Shown here: positions 24,028 to 35,224 of the stretch, one piece after another
How the letters are laid out: each line of letters starts with the position of its first letter
How positions within the stretch are numbered: the stretch's first letter is position 1
Source of the DNA: Paraglomus brasilianum
Taxonomy: Eukaryota
Direction of reading: 5' to 3'
Assembly (NCBI GenBank): GCA_910592345.1
Contig: CAJVPI010000327.1
Span: 1 to 35,224, forward strand
Length of the DNA stretch: 35,224 nucleotides
Program-made: the position numbers and the translations under genes
Notes under the pieces: generated by a model
The model's input: the letters and a program-made list of their open reading frames with translations, nothing else
What the model was told of the DNA's origin: nothing
The model's database searches: none

Positions 24028-24477
24028 CACCCTTTGAATGCAATATTGTACAGTAAATAGGAATATTAAATGAAGAAACAGTAAATTAACAGAATATTAT
24101 TCCGATTCGTCACAGTCAGGGAGATTTCCCGTTTTGTAACTCACACAACGACCTCCCGCACAACTTGGCAAAAGCAATAAAATTTACTAAAAAAGCAAAT
24201 ACTAAAAATAATAATTCTAATGGTACGGAACATGTCAAAGAAAGTATTGCTCAAACAAAAAGGTAGGGAAATCAAAACGGTTACTAATTTATTTTATCAA
24301 TCTATAGCTTGTAGATAACTGAAACCCGAAATAACCGAATATAAATAACTATTTGACGACGACGTTACATCACAGACTCCGCTTCTATATACAAGGTAAT
24401 TCAATCCATCGGAAACATGGTGTGAGGCGTTGAATCCTTCCATATACGTTCTCGAACACGTTTATTCTCTCTCTTCT

Positions 24478-25153
24478 TTATATCTGCCATATTACGAGCC
24501 CCTTTTTGATGCATCCATTAAAACTTTTACATGTCGCAAGATCCGGCGTTAAATTCACTATGCATATGTGACAAATATTCCTCCAGTTTGGACTTCCGTC
24601 AGCAACTCGGGACGATTGCAGAACTCTGTTCAATTTCCAGGCACTCGTTTGTGATTCAACATTTTCGAGAGGTTTCAATATCAAAAAGAGATATTCATAA
24701 TTACGTTTAGACTCCTCATATATCAAACGGTTAGCTGTGTCACCCACTGCTTTAACCAAATGTTTGCATAGCATATAAGAATCGATTCTGAAATGAAGGA
24801 CAACTGCAAATAATACCGGTCCTGAACATATTCATCAACGCTTTTCTCAACACATCGCTTCCACACCTTTTTAAAGTCTTTCCACCAGTGAGGATATATT
24901 CTGCCATTCGAGAGCTGATAGAATCTGAGACATTGTACAGGAAGTAACTTTTACACAAGACATAGATAACATAATATAATGGCAGATGATGGAATCTATA
25001 TAGGTAATCATGCTTGAGTACCTTCCAGTGTGATTTTATTATCATATTGGGTTTCCCAAAAGGTATTTTTGGATAACAACTTCTCGCCCACTGACTCTTT
25101 GTGTACCATGAAAAGTATAGGTAATGCCATAATCGCAGATTACTGTGATTCAT
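24478..25153 (-). pseudogene. Mutator/MULE-like transposase C-terminal relic with SWIM zinc finger
   Basis: LWHYLYFSWY..QWARS..NMIIKSHWKVLKHDYL, followed across frameshifts by CSCPSF..CKHLVKAV (SWIM CxC..CxH). Confidence 0.75.
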
Positions 25154-26177
25154 AAACTTCCTTGAACTAGCTTACACCTGGGAGAGCAGCGGTGCACTAG
25201 CCGTTTTGGGATTTAGTTTGTTTCCAACGGAAGCTTTTGCTCTACCTACTTTAAACTAAATGTCGTACAATTGGTGACCGATTTACTACTCACGATGTAT
25301 ATTATCGCTTTTCTATGCGCTGTCCCTGGATTATTGTTTAAACTCGAGTATCTCAGCGATTTCCGTGATGGGATTAGATTCACGGTCTATCGGAACGGGG
25401 ATTTAAATGTGTTAACAATTAATTAAACAACAACCCTAATTGCAAAGGTACTAAATAGAATTTATTGGCAAGATTGATTCTATTCGCCGCTGACGGGGAA
25501 AGCGTTTTAACACTTCGCCAAACGATGCAAGTATCTTTTATCAGGGAATAAAACGAAATAATAAAGATTATATTGAATTGGATATTTATTAGATTATAAG
25601 GAACTATCTAATAGCAACGTCTTGCTGAATGATCTGAAAATGATTTTTAGCTACTATCTACGACTCGTATTTATAACTAACTAGCGTTTTACTAAACTGT
25701 CCAAATTTAAGATGGGGTAAGTTGTGTCTGTCCAAACTTTCAGTCTAATCCGGACAATTTAATTTTAACTGTCCAAACTTTTGGATATATCCAGATAGTC
25801 TGTGTTTGTCCAAGTTTTTGGCCTATTCTGACAACATTCTGTGCCATGTCGCGATCGATCTTGGATTTCGTATCGGAGATTTTCGTGTGACGGAGCGGAA
25901 ATCACGGAGGAATACGTCGTACTTAGCGCCAAAAGTATGAGAGCGAGATGGTGAAATTTTGTGGGTCTTTATTAAGTGGGGTGACCCTTATTTACTGCGT
26001 TGTGGTTTATTTAGGTGAAATATCACAGATGTTATTAAGGAGCGTCATCAAAATGTTCACTTTGGGACACCATATAGTCTCTTCAAATGGCATCTTGAAA
26101 ATTTGATCTGCATTTCTCGGCCAATCACAAGAAATACTACTGTACAAGAAAAATGGGAATAGTAAACTGGTTTAAAC

Positions 26178-29014
26178 ATGTCTTCCGAGGAAATCGCTCG
26201 CAAACGACTAAATGCAATTCAACAACAACTCACCCGTTCGACTGGTCCGGCAGACTTGTCACGAGAGCGAGCCAATGCATCATTTGATGTTAATCAAATG
26301 AAAACATTCTTCGCCGGAGGGAAAGAATTCTCTGAAGCAATGGTAAGAATTTATCGTAAGCTGAGCGAAAGTTCGGGGCACTAACATTAAATTTTTGTAT
26401 GGCAGGACGATGCGTATAGGTTTATACAACGTGATCCAGAATTGTATTTAGGCGATGAATATATTTTCGATGCGTCTGTGACGGAGCAGCGTGAAGCGTA
26501 AGTATCCAAGGATGAAAGCGACAGACGCAGACAACAGACATTTGAGTGAATTAGCCATATACATAAATTAGAACCATGCGACAGTTGAGAAGATACGTTG
26601 AAGTGAGAGATATGCTGAAGAGTTCACTACTTGTCCGTGCATTTCACGATGCTATGTGGTAAGTTGAACGTAAGTTTGACAGATTTTGTAAAGTGTGATT
26701 GAACATTCTCTTGACATTTTGGTCGCATATATAGTCAATACTCGGAAGCATTCAGCATGAGATTGTATGTACACGAAATTCTTTTCCCTCAAGCTTTGAG
26801 ATTATTTGGCACTTCTGAGCAATACAGCGAATGGATCGATGACTTATTAAGTTGGCGCATTATTGGTTGTTTCGCTATGGTATGATTAAAACAGAAATAG
26901 AGATATTCAGAATTTAACCACCTGGTTGTGATTATGTAAGCATTCAATTAATGCATATGTAAATGGTTGTTCACCACAGACCGAGTTAGGATATAGTTCT
27001 TTCTTACGTGGATTAGAGACAACAGCAACTTTCGACAAGAAGGCTGATGAGTTTATAATCAATTCTCCCAGCATTTTATCAACAAAATGGTGAGTAATTT
27101 TTAACAAGCCAATTATAGCTTTATTAGTTGTTATTATTCGAGAGATAATTCACATCCAAATCGTTTTAAAAGGTGGGTTGGGATGGCAGGAGAGACAGCA
27201 ACTCATACAATTGTACTTGCTCAGACAGTTGTTGATGGAAAAAAATGTGGGATAGACTGGTTTGTGGTTCCATTACGCAGCAGAAAGACAGGCCGCCTGG
27301 TTGCAGGCGTAGCTGCCGGTAATATTGGAACCAAGTATGGAAGAAACGGTCTTGATAACGGTTGGATACAATTCTCTGGCATACGTATACCGCGAACAAA
27401 CATGATGATGAGATGGGCGAGCGTCTCACCAGATGGCAAATATCACCCATCTCCCAACCCAGCATTATCGTATGCACCTCTAATCGGGGAAAGATTAGAA
27501 GTGATAAGGGCCACGATTTCAACAGCTTCCCGGGCACTGACTATTGCATGCAGATATGGATGTGTGAGGAGGCAGGGTGCAAACAATGAGCAGATTATGG
27601 ACTTTCAATCCTATTACGTACAATTAATGCCTGGAATCGCTGGTCTCTATGTTGCAAATATAATCGACAGGTAAGCTGCCTGAACTATCAAATTTCATGA
27701 ATATTATAGGCCTAACATAGCATTATTTTGAATAAAGAATTACGGGCAGCAAATGGAACAAACTCGTAGATAATGTCGATGACGGGACTTTGTTTCTTAA
27801 TAATATCGCGGATATTCATGGCATATCGGCGGGATTGAAGAGCATCTATGGATGGTGGGGAGTAGACATACTAGAGTTTTGCAGACGATCGTTGGGAGGT
27901 CATGCATATTCATCGTATAATGCTATTGGAGAATTTATACAAGATTTTTCCCCCATTACGACTGGTAAGTATAAATGCTTGCAAATGAAAATAATAATTA
28001 TTTGAAAGCATGACAGAGACAGCAGGGTTTATCGAATTTTGTTGGTCATTTGCACAGGTGGTGGAGACAATTACACGTTGATGAATCAAGCAGCGGTATG
28101 TAAACTTTTTATTCATTGGTTATGACGATTACCTGTCTTTGTTTCATTGTTTAATTTTCTCTTTCACTTGTATGATGAAGAAATATGTATTGGGGTCGCT
28201 GAAGATGGCATCCAACGGCATCAAACTTGAGGGCTCTGTTGCATATCTCAATAATATACAAGAGGCTCTCTCCCGATCAAATAGTTCGATGGCGTCCGAA
28301 AACGAGATTCTTGACCTTAACTTTATAACAGGAGCGCTTGCGTGGTTGTCAATTCGAAAGGTACAGACCAAAAATTTATCGAGACGTGAGTTACGAACGA
28401 CTATCCTTATATATATATAATTAATTTGCCTTTCAGGCAAAGGCTATCGAAACGACTCTATCAGGTGGTGGGGTTGCTGTATGGAATGACAACATAGTAC
28501 ATCTCATCAAACTTGCAGAAATTCACACCCACCACTATATATTATCGGAATATCATAATGATCTCGTTGAATATGGATCCACAGAATATAAAGATCTTTT
28601 ACCAATGTTAACCCAAATGGGTCAACTGTGGGGAACATACGTCATGCAATCGTTGCTTGAATTATTCCTGGAGGAAGGCTATTTTTCACCTAGCCAGGCC
28701 AAGATGGTTAAAAAGGTGTTTTACGATCTTTGTCGAAAGACCAGAAAAGAAGTTATTCCCCTCGTAGATGCGTGGGCAGTTCCTGATTTCATACTGAAAG
28801 CACCATTAGGAAGATACGATGGAGATATCTATCCAGGTATTATTCATTGCGCTTTGAATTAAATCCGGGCATCACAAAATCATGAATGCTAATAATTAAT
28901 GGTTTGTAACGCGTTTTAGCCTACTTTAATCGAGTTCGCAACACACCAGGTTGCGTTGGAGTGCCAAGCTATTGGTCTAAATACATCAAGCCAATGACTG
29001 ATCCTGATTCATGA
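26178..29014 (+). CDS. Peroxisomal acyl-CoA oxidase family protein, 678 aa, 11 exons: 26178-26342, 26406-26497, 26572-26658, 26735-26879, 26980-27089, 27173-27670, 27738-27964, 28058-28095, 28181-28360, 28437-28836, 28920-29014
   Basis: All introns are GT..AG and the exons sum to 2037 nt in one open frame. ACOX motifs include ERANASFD, IIGCFAMTELG..LRGLETTATFD, NSPSILSTKWWVG, GRNGLDNGWIQF, CRRSLGGHAYS and LVDAW..PDFILKAPLGRYDGDIY. Confidence 0.95.
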
Positions 29015-30179
29015 AACACATCCTAATACTCTTCAATTGAAACGGGTATTTGAATAGACATATTTCTCGTGAATGTGTTTTAATATTTATTGTTGTCATA
29101 TTCGTCCGTCACATTGCTAAATGATTGGATAAAGTCGCTGAACAACATACAGTGCAGGCAAAAGTGACTGCAAAAATAAACCCATGTTATAAACACTCGC
29201 CTGTTTATTGCTGCGTGATTGTCAAATATAATCGTGTCGTTAAAACATTTAAACTGATGTATATTAATATTAGATTATGTTTTTACGGCAAAGCATAATT
29301 ACTATAAGAGACATCACCTGTGTGGTGAGCTGAATTGAATATGTGATAGTGAAAACAGCAAATCTCCTTAACAGCAAATGAAAGTGTGCAAGCAAAATAT
29401 GACATTAAACTTCCGAACATACTTCAAAGGATGTTCGTGCAGACTTTGGCATGAAATATGCTGGATCACGTAAACGCACTTAAAAAGACAGGCCGAGATT
29501 ATTATTATGCTGAAGACGCGAAGCCATTTTTACTCTAGAAAATGTTGCCCCCCACATATTATTAAGCTTGGCTTTATTCGAACTTTCAATGCGAAATTTT
29601 TCAACGATTCGTGCGATCAAAGCCGGTCAGCTGTTCTGGGGTTTGTTAATATTATGCATAAGATGACATACTGTATAAATTATTGTTCTTTTCACAGATC
29701 GCGGTGCTTCGGTTGAACTTTTTGGGACCGATAAGAGTAACACAGTTGGGACGTGATTATCATCAACGACCAAATCAGCGAGTGACCTCCAATACAATTA
29801 ATCGTGTACGGACATTTCGTCAAAAAATTATTATTGTACTATTGGTTTCGCGACGGAACTTGTTGAAATTTTTATTGATTTGACCTGTGTTGACATACTA
29901 GTCATAGGACATATTGTATATAGAACTCCTATGACAAGTTTATCCAGTCGCTAAATGTAAATGTTTGTAAATTGACTTTATTCGTCTTCATCTCCCTAAA
30001 TCTCGTGACCTTATTTCTGAATTTGACAAGCAGAAATCTGGCAGTAGGTAAGAGCATGCTAGAATATTTACTCTCGTTCTCAAGACGTGATAAGGGTCTT
30101 ACATCATTATGATAGATGGTATTCCATATATTATTGCCATAATTGGCATCAATAATATTGCGAATAAGTAATTTTGCAC

Positions 30180-30429
30180 GTCACAACAAAGTTGAGCAAG
30201 TTCCTCGTATCCTTTGGTGCTGAATCAGGCATCAATGGTCGTAGTTCACCCAAATATCACATATTAAATTTCCATCAAATTCTCTATCTCGAAAAGGTGA
30301 TTTGCCGGTGGCCATCAAAAACATGATAATACCAAAAGAATATATGTCCGATTTCTGAGTAAGTTTACGCGTATGGAAGACTTCCGGTGCAGTAAACCTT
30401 GAACCACGTATATTTTGTTTTGTATTCAT
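30180..30429 (-). pseudogene. Protein kinase (TKL-like) C-lobe fragment
   Basis: APEVFHTRKLTQKSDIYSFGIIMFLMATGKSPFRDREFD (subdomains VIII-IX), followed after a frameshift by LRPLMPDSAP. No N-lobe, HRD or DFG motif was found. Confidence 0.8.
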
Positions 30430-31670
30430 TCTCTGTATTCTTCCATGATTCCATATCCAATGACTGGTTGCCAGTCAAGTGGTCTTGGTGCTTTACACCA
30501 ATGACAGAATGCATGTACTGTATCTCAGGATCTAATTGACTTGCACATACTATAATTCAATCATATCACTGTAAATGTTTTACATAGTAGTCATCAGTTG
30601 AATTTGTAATATGTTTACATAAAACAGTCGGTTTATTACAAGATAATCTTTGTTTCTCCCACGGCTTATTCTTTGGTATGTTACATATAAAACTTTTGAT
30701 CAGACAGAAGTTTTCCTGTCATGCTCTAAAATGATTGTATCTTTTGGTTTTTGGAGATGTTTACAATGGAACAAAGATAAACACTCATTTTTGAATGTAA
30801 TTTTATTTGACGAATAAGCATTGTTGGGGTATAATCCGAAAGTAAAGTAAAATGTTGTGAATTTTAACCTTTATGCATTGTGTAACATGGTTTATAAAGT
30901 TCTCAAAATTAAAGCAGAAGTCAACAAAGCCTTTCTTTGGTAAATATCTTCAATGAGACATAAACAAGCTGATAAAAATATGTGGACCATAGTAGACAAC
31001 GTGTTTCATCATTTATTTCAAAAGCAATTTTGATTTCGTAACCGCCGTTTTTTTCGTTACACAGTGTATATAGTAGAAACAACTCACTGCATTATATGAC
31101 TTTGCCGTTTACTCGGTAAGTAAAAAGCATACTATCGCCAACAACACCTGCGAAGTCAACAACGCTGGCTTGAATTAAATGACGCATAATTGAACGACAC
31201 ATACGCCGGTTAAACCAGTTAAAGAAAAGCCACACAGCTCAAAAGGGCGTCCGAGACTTGCTACTAAAAACCACGGTGAAGAAAATAAAGTTTTAATATA
31301 CGGTACAATTACATAACACTGCTATTTTTTTCCTGACAATTTTTTATATTCCGAACCCGGTTCTGTCTCCGTTGACTCGGAGGCTACACGTATACGGAAT
31401 TTATTAACTTAAAATTGCTGAAAAAAGAACAAAACTTTTGAACCATATTGCAAAACGCCACCAGTCTGACGCGTTAATAAATTGGCATGAACAGGAGCAT
31501 GCAAATAGTAATTTGTGAGAAGGGCAGTTAAATGTTGTGAGAACAAGAAAAATACAATAAATTGAATATATGTAACTAAATAGCGCAAATTTTGCAGCAA
31601 TTGTTCCTCTGTTAAACGCATATATAAAAAACCCCATCCATTGAATGAACAATGTTTGCAGTAACTTTAC

Positions 31671-31886
31671 CGTCGTGCCGACTACTGCGGGAGAGCAAAA
31701 AGTAATCGACACATGGGATTTAACTAGTCTCGACGGAGCGTGGCGCCTCCTATTCAAGTTAAATATCTATAGGTACAGTTAGTGACTTTGTAATCGCAAG
31801 GCTTTTCACTTACGAACTATTTCATTGTAGAGTGACGCTAATCCTAGATATATTATTCGTACTCGAGTATGTCTATCGGTTACTAT
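31671..31886 (+). mobile_element. Truncated LTR (5' 216 bp), same family as 11338-12058
   Basis: (C)GTCGTGCCGACTACTGCGGGAGAGCA..GGGATTTAACTAGTCTC..TGGCGCCTCCTATTCAAGTTAAATATCTA is nearly identical to 11338-11545. Homology stops where the next element starts. Confidence 0.85.
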
Positions 31887-32271
31887 CAGCCTTGGTATAT
31901 ATCTGCTCCATTCAGAATTCAATGGAATAGAGTAATGGAGCTTATACTCCATTGGCTCCATTGACTCAATTGTGGCACAGTAATTTTGTTGGCAATGGAG
32001 CATTCCATTGACATCCAATGGAGTGAATGGAATCAATGGAGTACGTTCCATTGCTCCATTAGCGAATGGAAAAGTTGCCTTTTTAGGATAACCAATAATA
32101 ATGGCCAATAAAATGTCAAAGCGTCATCTTATCTCATCTCATCTCACGGTTTAATATCACGGGTTTTATTTTGTGAATGGAGGTATATCCAGTGGCTTAC
32201 CATTAGAGCAATGGAGCATTGGACTGGAGCAATGTTCCAGTAGGTCATTGGAGTACAATGTGTCAAGGCTG
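31887..32271. mobile_element. Non-autonomous hAT-like DNA element (385 bp) with many AATGGA/TCCATT subterminal repeats
   Basis: Ends are CAGCCTTG..CAAGGCTG, with numerous AATGGA/TCCATT motifs in both orientations. There is no matching 8-bp TSD. Confidence 0.6.
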
Positions 32272-34656
32272 ATTCAAATGTATTACTTTAATGTATCGAA
32301 TACAACAAGGGCGATAAGAGAGAGAAAGTACCCCAAGGGTGAAAATAACAAACCCTGTTGCCAACATTGTTCCTCTGGACTTTGTGGCGTAAGTTCGGAG
32401 ATGATATGTAAATATAAAGGAAAAACGTGAATAAATGCTAATAAATCAAATTTGTGAGGAAATGCTATTTTTAAATATAAAGAAATGGTACATACGTGCG
32501 CTAATTGGGTACTCCTATGCCGAGAACAAATCGACAAATGACAGGGTCGGACCTTGACCAGCTATGGCAGAAAAAACCGTGCCGATAACAACTCTATGCC
32601 AAACATCTGTAATCAAATCATGCATTGTTAAGATTTTCACTACATATGAATATTATTATTCATTCTTCTTATCTTTTTCCGCCCATATTTATCGGTCATC
32701 CAAACCAAGTAGAATACATTATAATAACGCGAATAGAATCAATAAACATATCGGCACTATAAACATTGACTAACATCAGAAACACAAAGTTGAGTGAGTG
32801 TAGACTATATCCGTCAGTAAAGAAACCGCGCTCGCTACTAGGCAGCTAATGTGTGATGGAAAGATGTTAGCGTCATCAAATAGCTTGAAGACTTCTTCGT
32901 GTCGAGTGTTAAGTACTTGTGAGTGAGATGAGGATGCCCACGTTTGTTAATTGTAAGTTGACGGTGGATGAGATATATTTTATAAAGAAAGCAAAGATCG
33001 ATGAAAAAAAACTTATATCAAAAAATTGGCACCTGAGATTCATTGTTTCTACTTTTTTGACTCTTGTATGACAAAACCAAAGTTGAGTAATATGAGGCAT
33101 ATTTTTAGTTGTCGTCTCATTTTAAACTTCGTCGTATAGCTTAATTTTAGCTTTACACAAAAAGTTAATTATAATTTATTAAATTATAGCAAATTTTTCG
33201 CATTGCTCGTTATGCCAATAGGGGACTTTTGACGGATTAAGAACAGTTATTGCACTTTATATTTTTGACTTAGAGACTGTATATCGACAGACGGTTACTT
33301 GAAGACTATTGCTTATTACTGTTCAATTGACATTTGTTTTTCTGCAAAACCCAACAATACGTATGATGTGACACGGAGAGAAATATTGTCTATGAAGCAA
33401 TGTCATTGAAATATTGAGGTTTTTTTCTGTCAGTGAAACTGGTTTGACGATAATGAATATATATTTGTATTGTGCTGCGGTGCGGTGTAACAAATGCTCT
33501 GTACTTTCAAAAAATCGGTTGAAAAGCACCACAAAAAGAATGGAGAAGTAATTCCGCCCAAAACTTATGCTAAACTTATAGACATAATATTGAAGCATGC
33601 ATTAGTAATCAAGTATAGCCTTACAGAGTATTAAATGTTATTTTTACTTTGGTATTGAAAAATTTTTTTGCTGACCGGATACGTGGTGTAATAGCTTTTG
33701 ACTAAGCGACAACATATTTATCAACAGGACAAATTATTCTTTGCTTTAGTCTACATTGGTACATACTTACTTAGACTCTGCATTGAAAGGGATATTCGAT
33801 GCTAGAGGGATGTAAGGCTTGGGATTAACAATAACGAGTTAAACGTAAAGTATGTTTTTTTACTCTTTAGCCGTATAGTATCTACCATGCTTTGTCTAAA
33901 GGATTTGTTCTCGCCTAGATATAAATACAAGCACGAGACTAACTGCAATTACTAATCAGAAGTGGCTCCAACTTCACATAATTGTCACGTAAAATTTGAA
34001 GTCACTTTTTGAGACACATTACCAGTATTTAATTAATGAGAAACAGGTTATTGCTTTAGCGTGATAACGCAGCCCATACGACGTGGTCATAGTCTGCTTA
34101 ACTTCTTGAAAGTTATATAGTCAGAATTAGGAAAGCACTAGATAACCGCACCGCATCATAATTGATCTGGGATTACTTGCATACCGATAAAGCTTTCTCT
34201 CTAACGACGCTTAGCAATTTAATTGGCAAATAAATTACTTACACCCCTTTGAGCCGCTTTGGATTCGTAATTTTAAATGAAGGCCAACATTTGTGTGCTA
34301 TGCCACTAGGGTATTGACCTTTGTCAACAGTACCATGTATTAGAGAAGAATTTTAAAAAGGAAGACACCCACAAGAATTGTTCTTCGCTCAAAAAAAAAA
34401 GAGGGGGGCGGTGGGGGAGTATTCAGGATTGAATCAAACGTATATGATAATTGTTAGGGTTTACATTATTAATAATTTACAATAATAATACATGCAGAGC
34501 ATTAATTAGTAGACATTTGACTTCCTACGTCACTAATTATAAATTTTACCTATATATCAACTTGAAAATTTGATCATTTACTTTATACATCCATGAAGAG
34601 ACATCAAGCAAAAGGGAAGATAAAACCCAGGAGGGCAATCAAAAAGATGGGACAGA

Positions 34657-35224
34657 TTATGAATTTTTTGCATTTGAAGAGGCAAATTCGTCATCGTCGG
34701 CAATATTCTCCAACGGCTTATTCTTGGTCTCAGGTAGAAAAGTTGTAGATAACATTCCAATCACCATGAAGGCGGTCCACCCGATAGATGCAATGAAAAA
34801 TCGCGTAAAATACTTTTCATCCGAAGGAACGTCATAAATCCATCTATTTATCACGTAAGAAAGTATGTAACTAATTTTTCCAAAGGCTGCGCTTATACCA
34901 TAGGCAGTTGAACGATAACGTGTTGTAAATAGTTTGGCAGGCACGACAAGGTCACTGCACGCGGACCAAACGATAAAAAAAACTAGCAATGTTTTAAAAA
35001 ACAAAATTGTCTTACATTAGCGTCGAGAAAATATAGTAAGCCGTCAATAATCTTTCAAACAAATAAATGCTTACGAGAGTAATAATAGAAACTGCATAGT
35101 ATAACCGATTTTGACTCGTTCTATCTATGTGCACAAACTTTGTCAAGAATCCCAAAAGAAAGAATAAAACTGCACACGCCATAAACCCAATGTATAAAAT
35201 GGGTTTTCTGCCCCACCGGTCTAT
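34657..35224 (-). pseudogene. 3' part of a Pho84/PHT1-like MFS phosphate transporter with an apparent 1-bp frameshift; 5' part beyond right edge
   Basis: Exon >35224-35075 reads IDRWGRKPILYIGF..SIITL, followed by intron 35074-34983. The next exon starts FFLSFGPRAVT, but VVPAKLFTTRYRSTAYGISAAFGK..LPETKNKPLENI is in another frame (shift near 34949). Confidence 0.78.

Noticed and set aside
25695..25825. Repeated TGTCCAA motifs upstream of the ACOX gene
   Set aside because: May be subterminal repeats of an old DNA transposon, but no TIR or TSD boundaries were found.
27166..28440. Antisense and alternative-frame ORFs inside the ACOX gene
   Set aside because: Explained as shadows of the ACOX exons.

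Overview
AT-rich, intron-containing fungal genomic DNA. The gene families (BTB-BACK-Sel1 protein, TKL-type kinase relic, Pho84-like transporter) suggest an arbuscular mycorrhizal fungus (Glomeromycota); this is inferred, not proven. The window holds a BTB-BACK-Sel1 gene running off the left edge, an intact 11-exon acyl-CoA oxidase, a frameshifted Pho84-like transporter at the right edge, several pseudogenes (Tc1-like, PD-(D/E)XK-like, AP-3 beta, MULE/SWIM, kinase) and many TE relics (two solo LTRs with 4-bp TSDs, a pogo derivative, MITEs, a Helitron-like end). The most notable feature is three paralogous two-exon genes (12780-13417 -, 15699-16378 +, 22461-23052 -), which the ORF track splits at an intron. 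Each encodes a short N-terminal segment, a Gln/Thr heptad-repeat coiled-coil stalk and a C-terminal domain resembling Mug135_C/DUF1773. That is the architecture of the fission-yeast Tdk1 killer meiotic driver. One copy looks intact, one has an N-terminal deletion and CpG erosion, and one has a shorter stalk and a frameshifted C-terminus. All assignments were made by eye, with no database searches.
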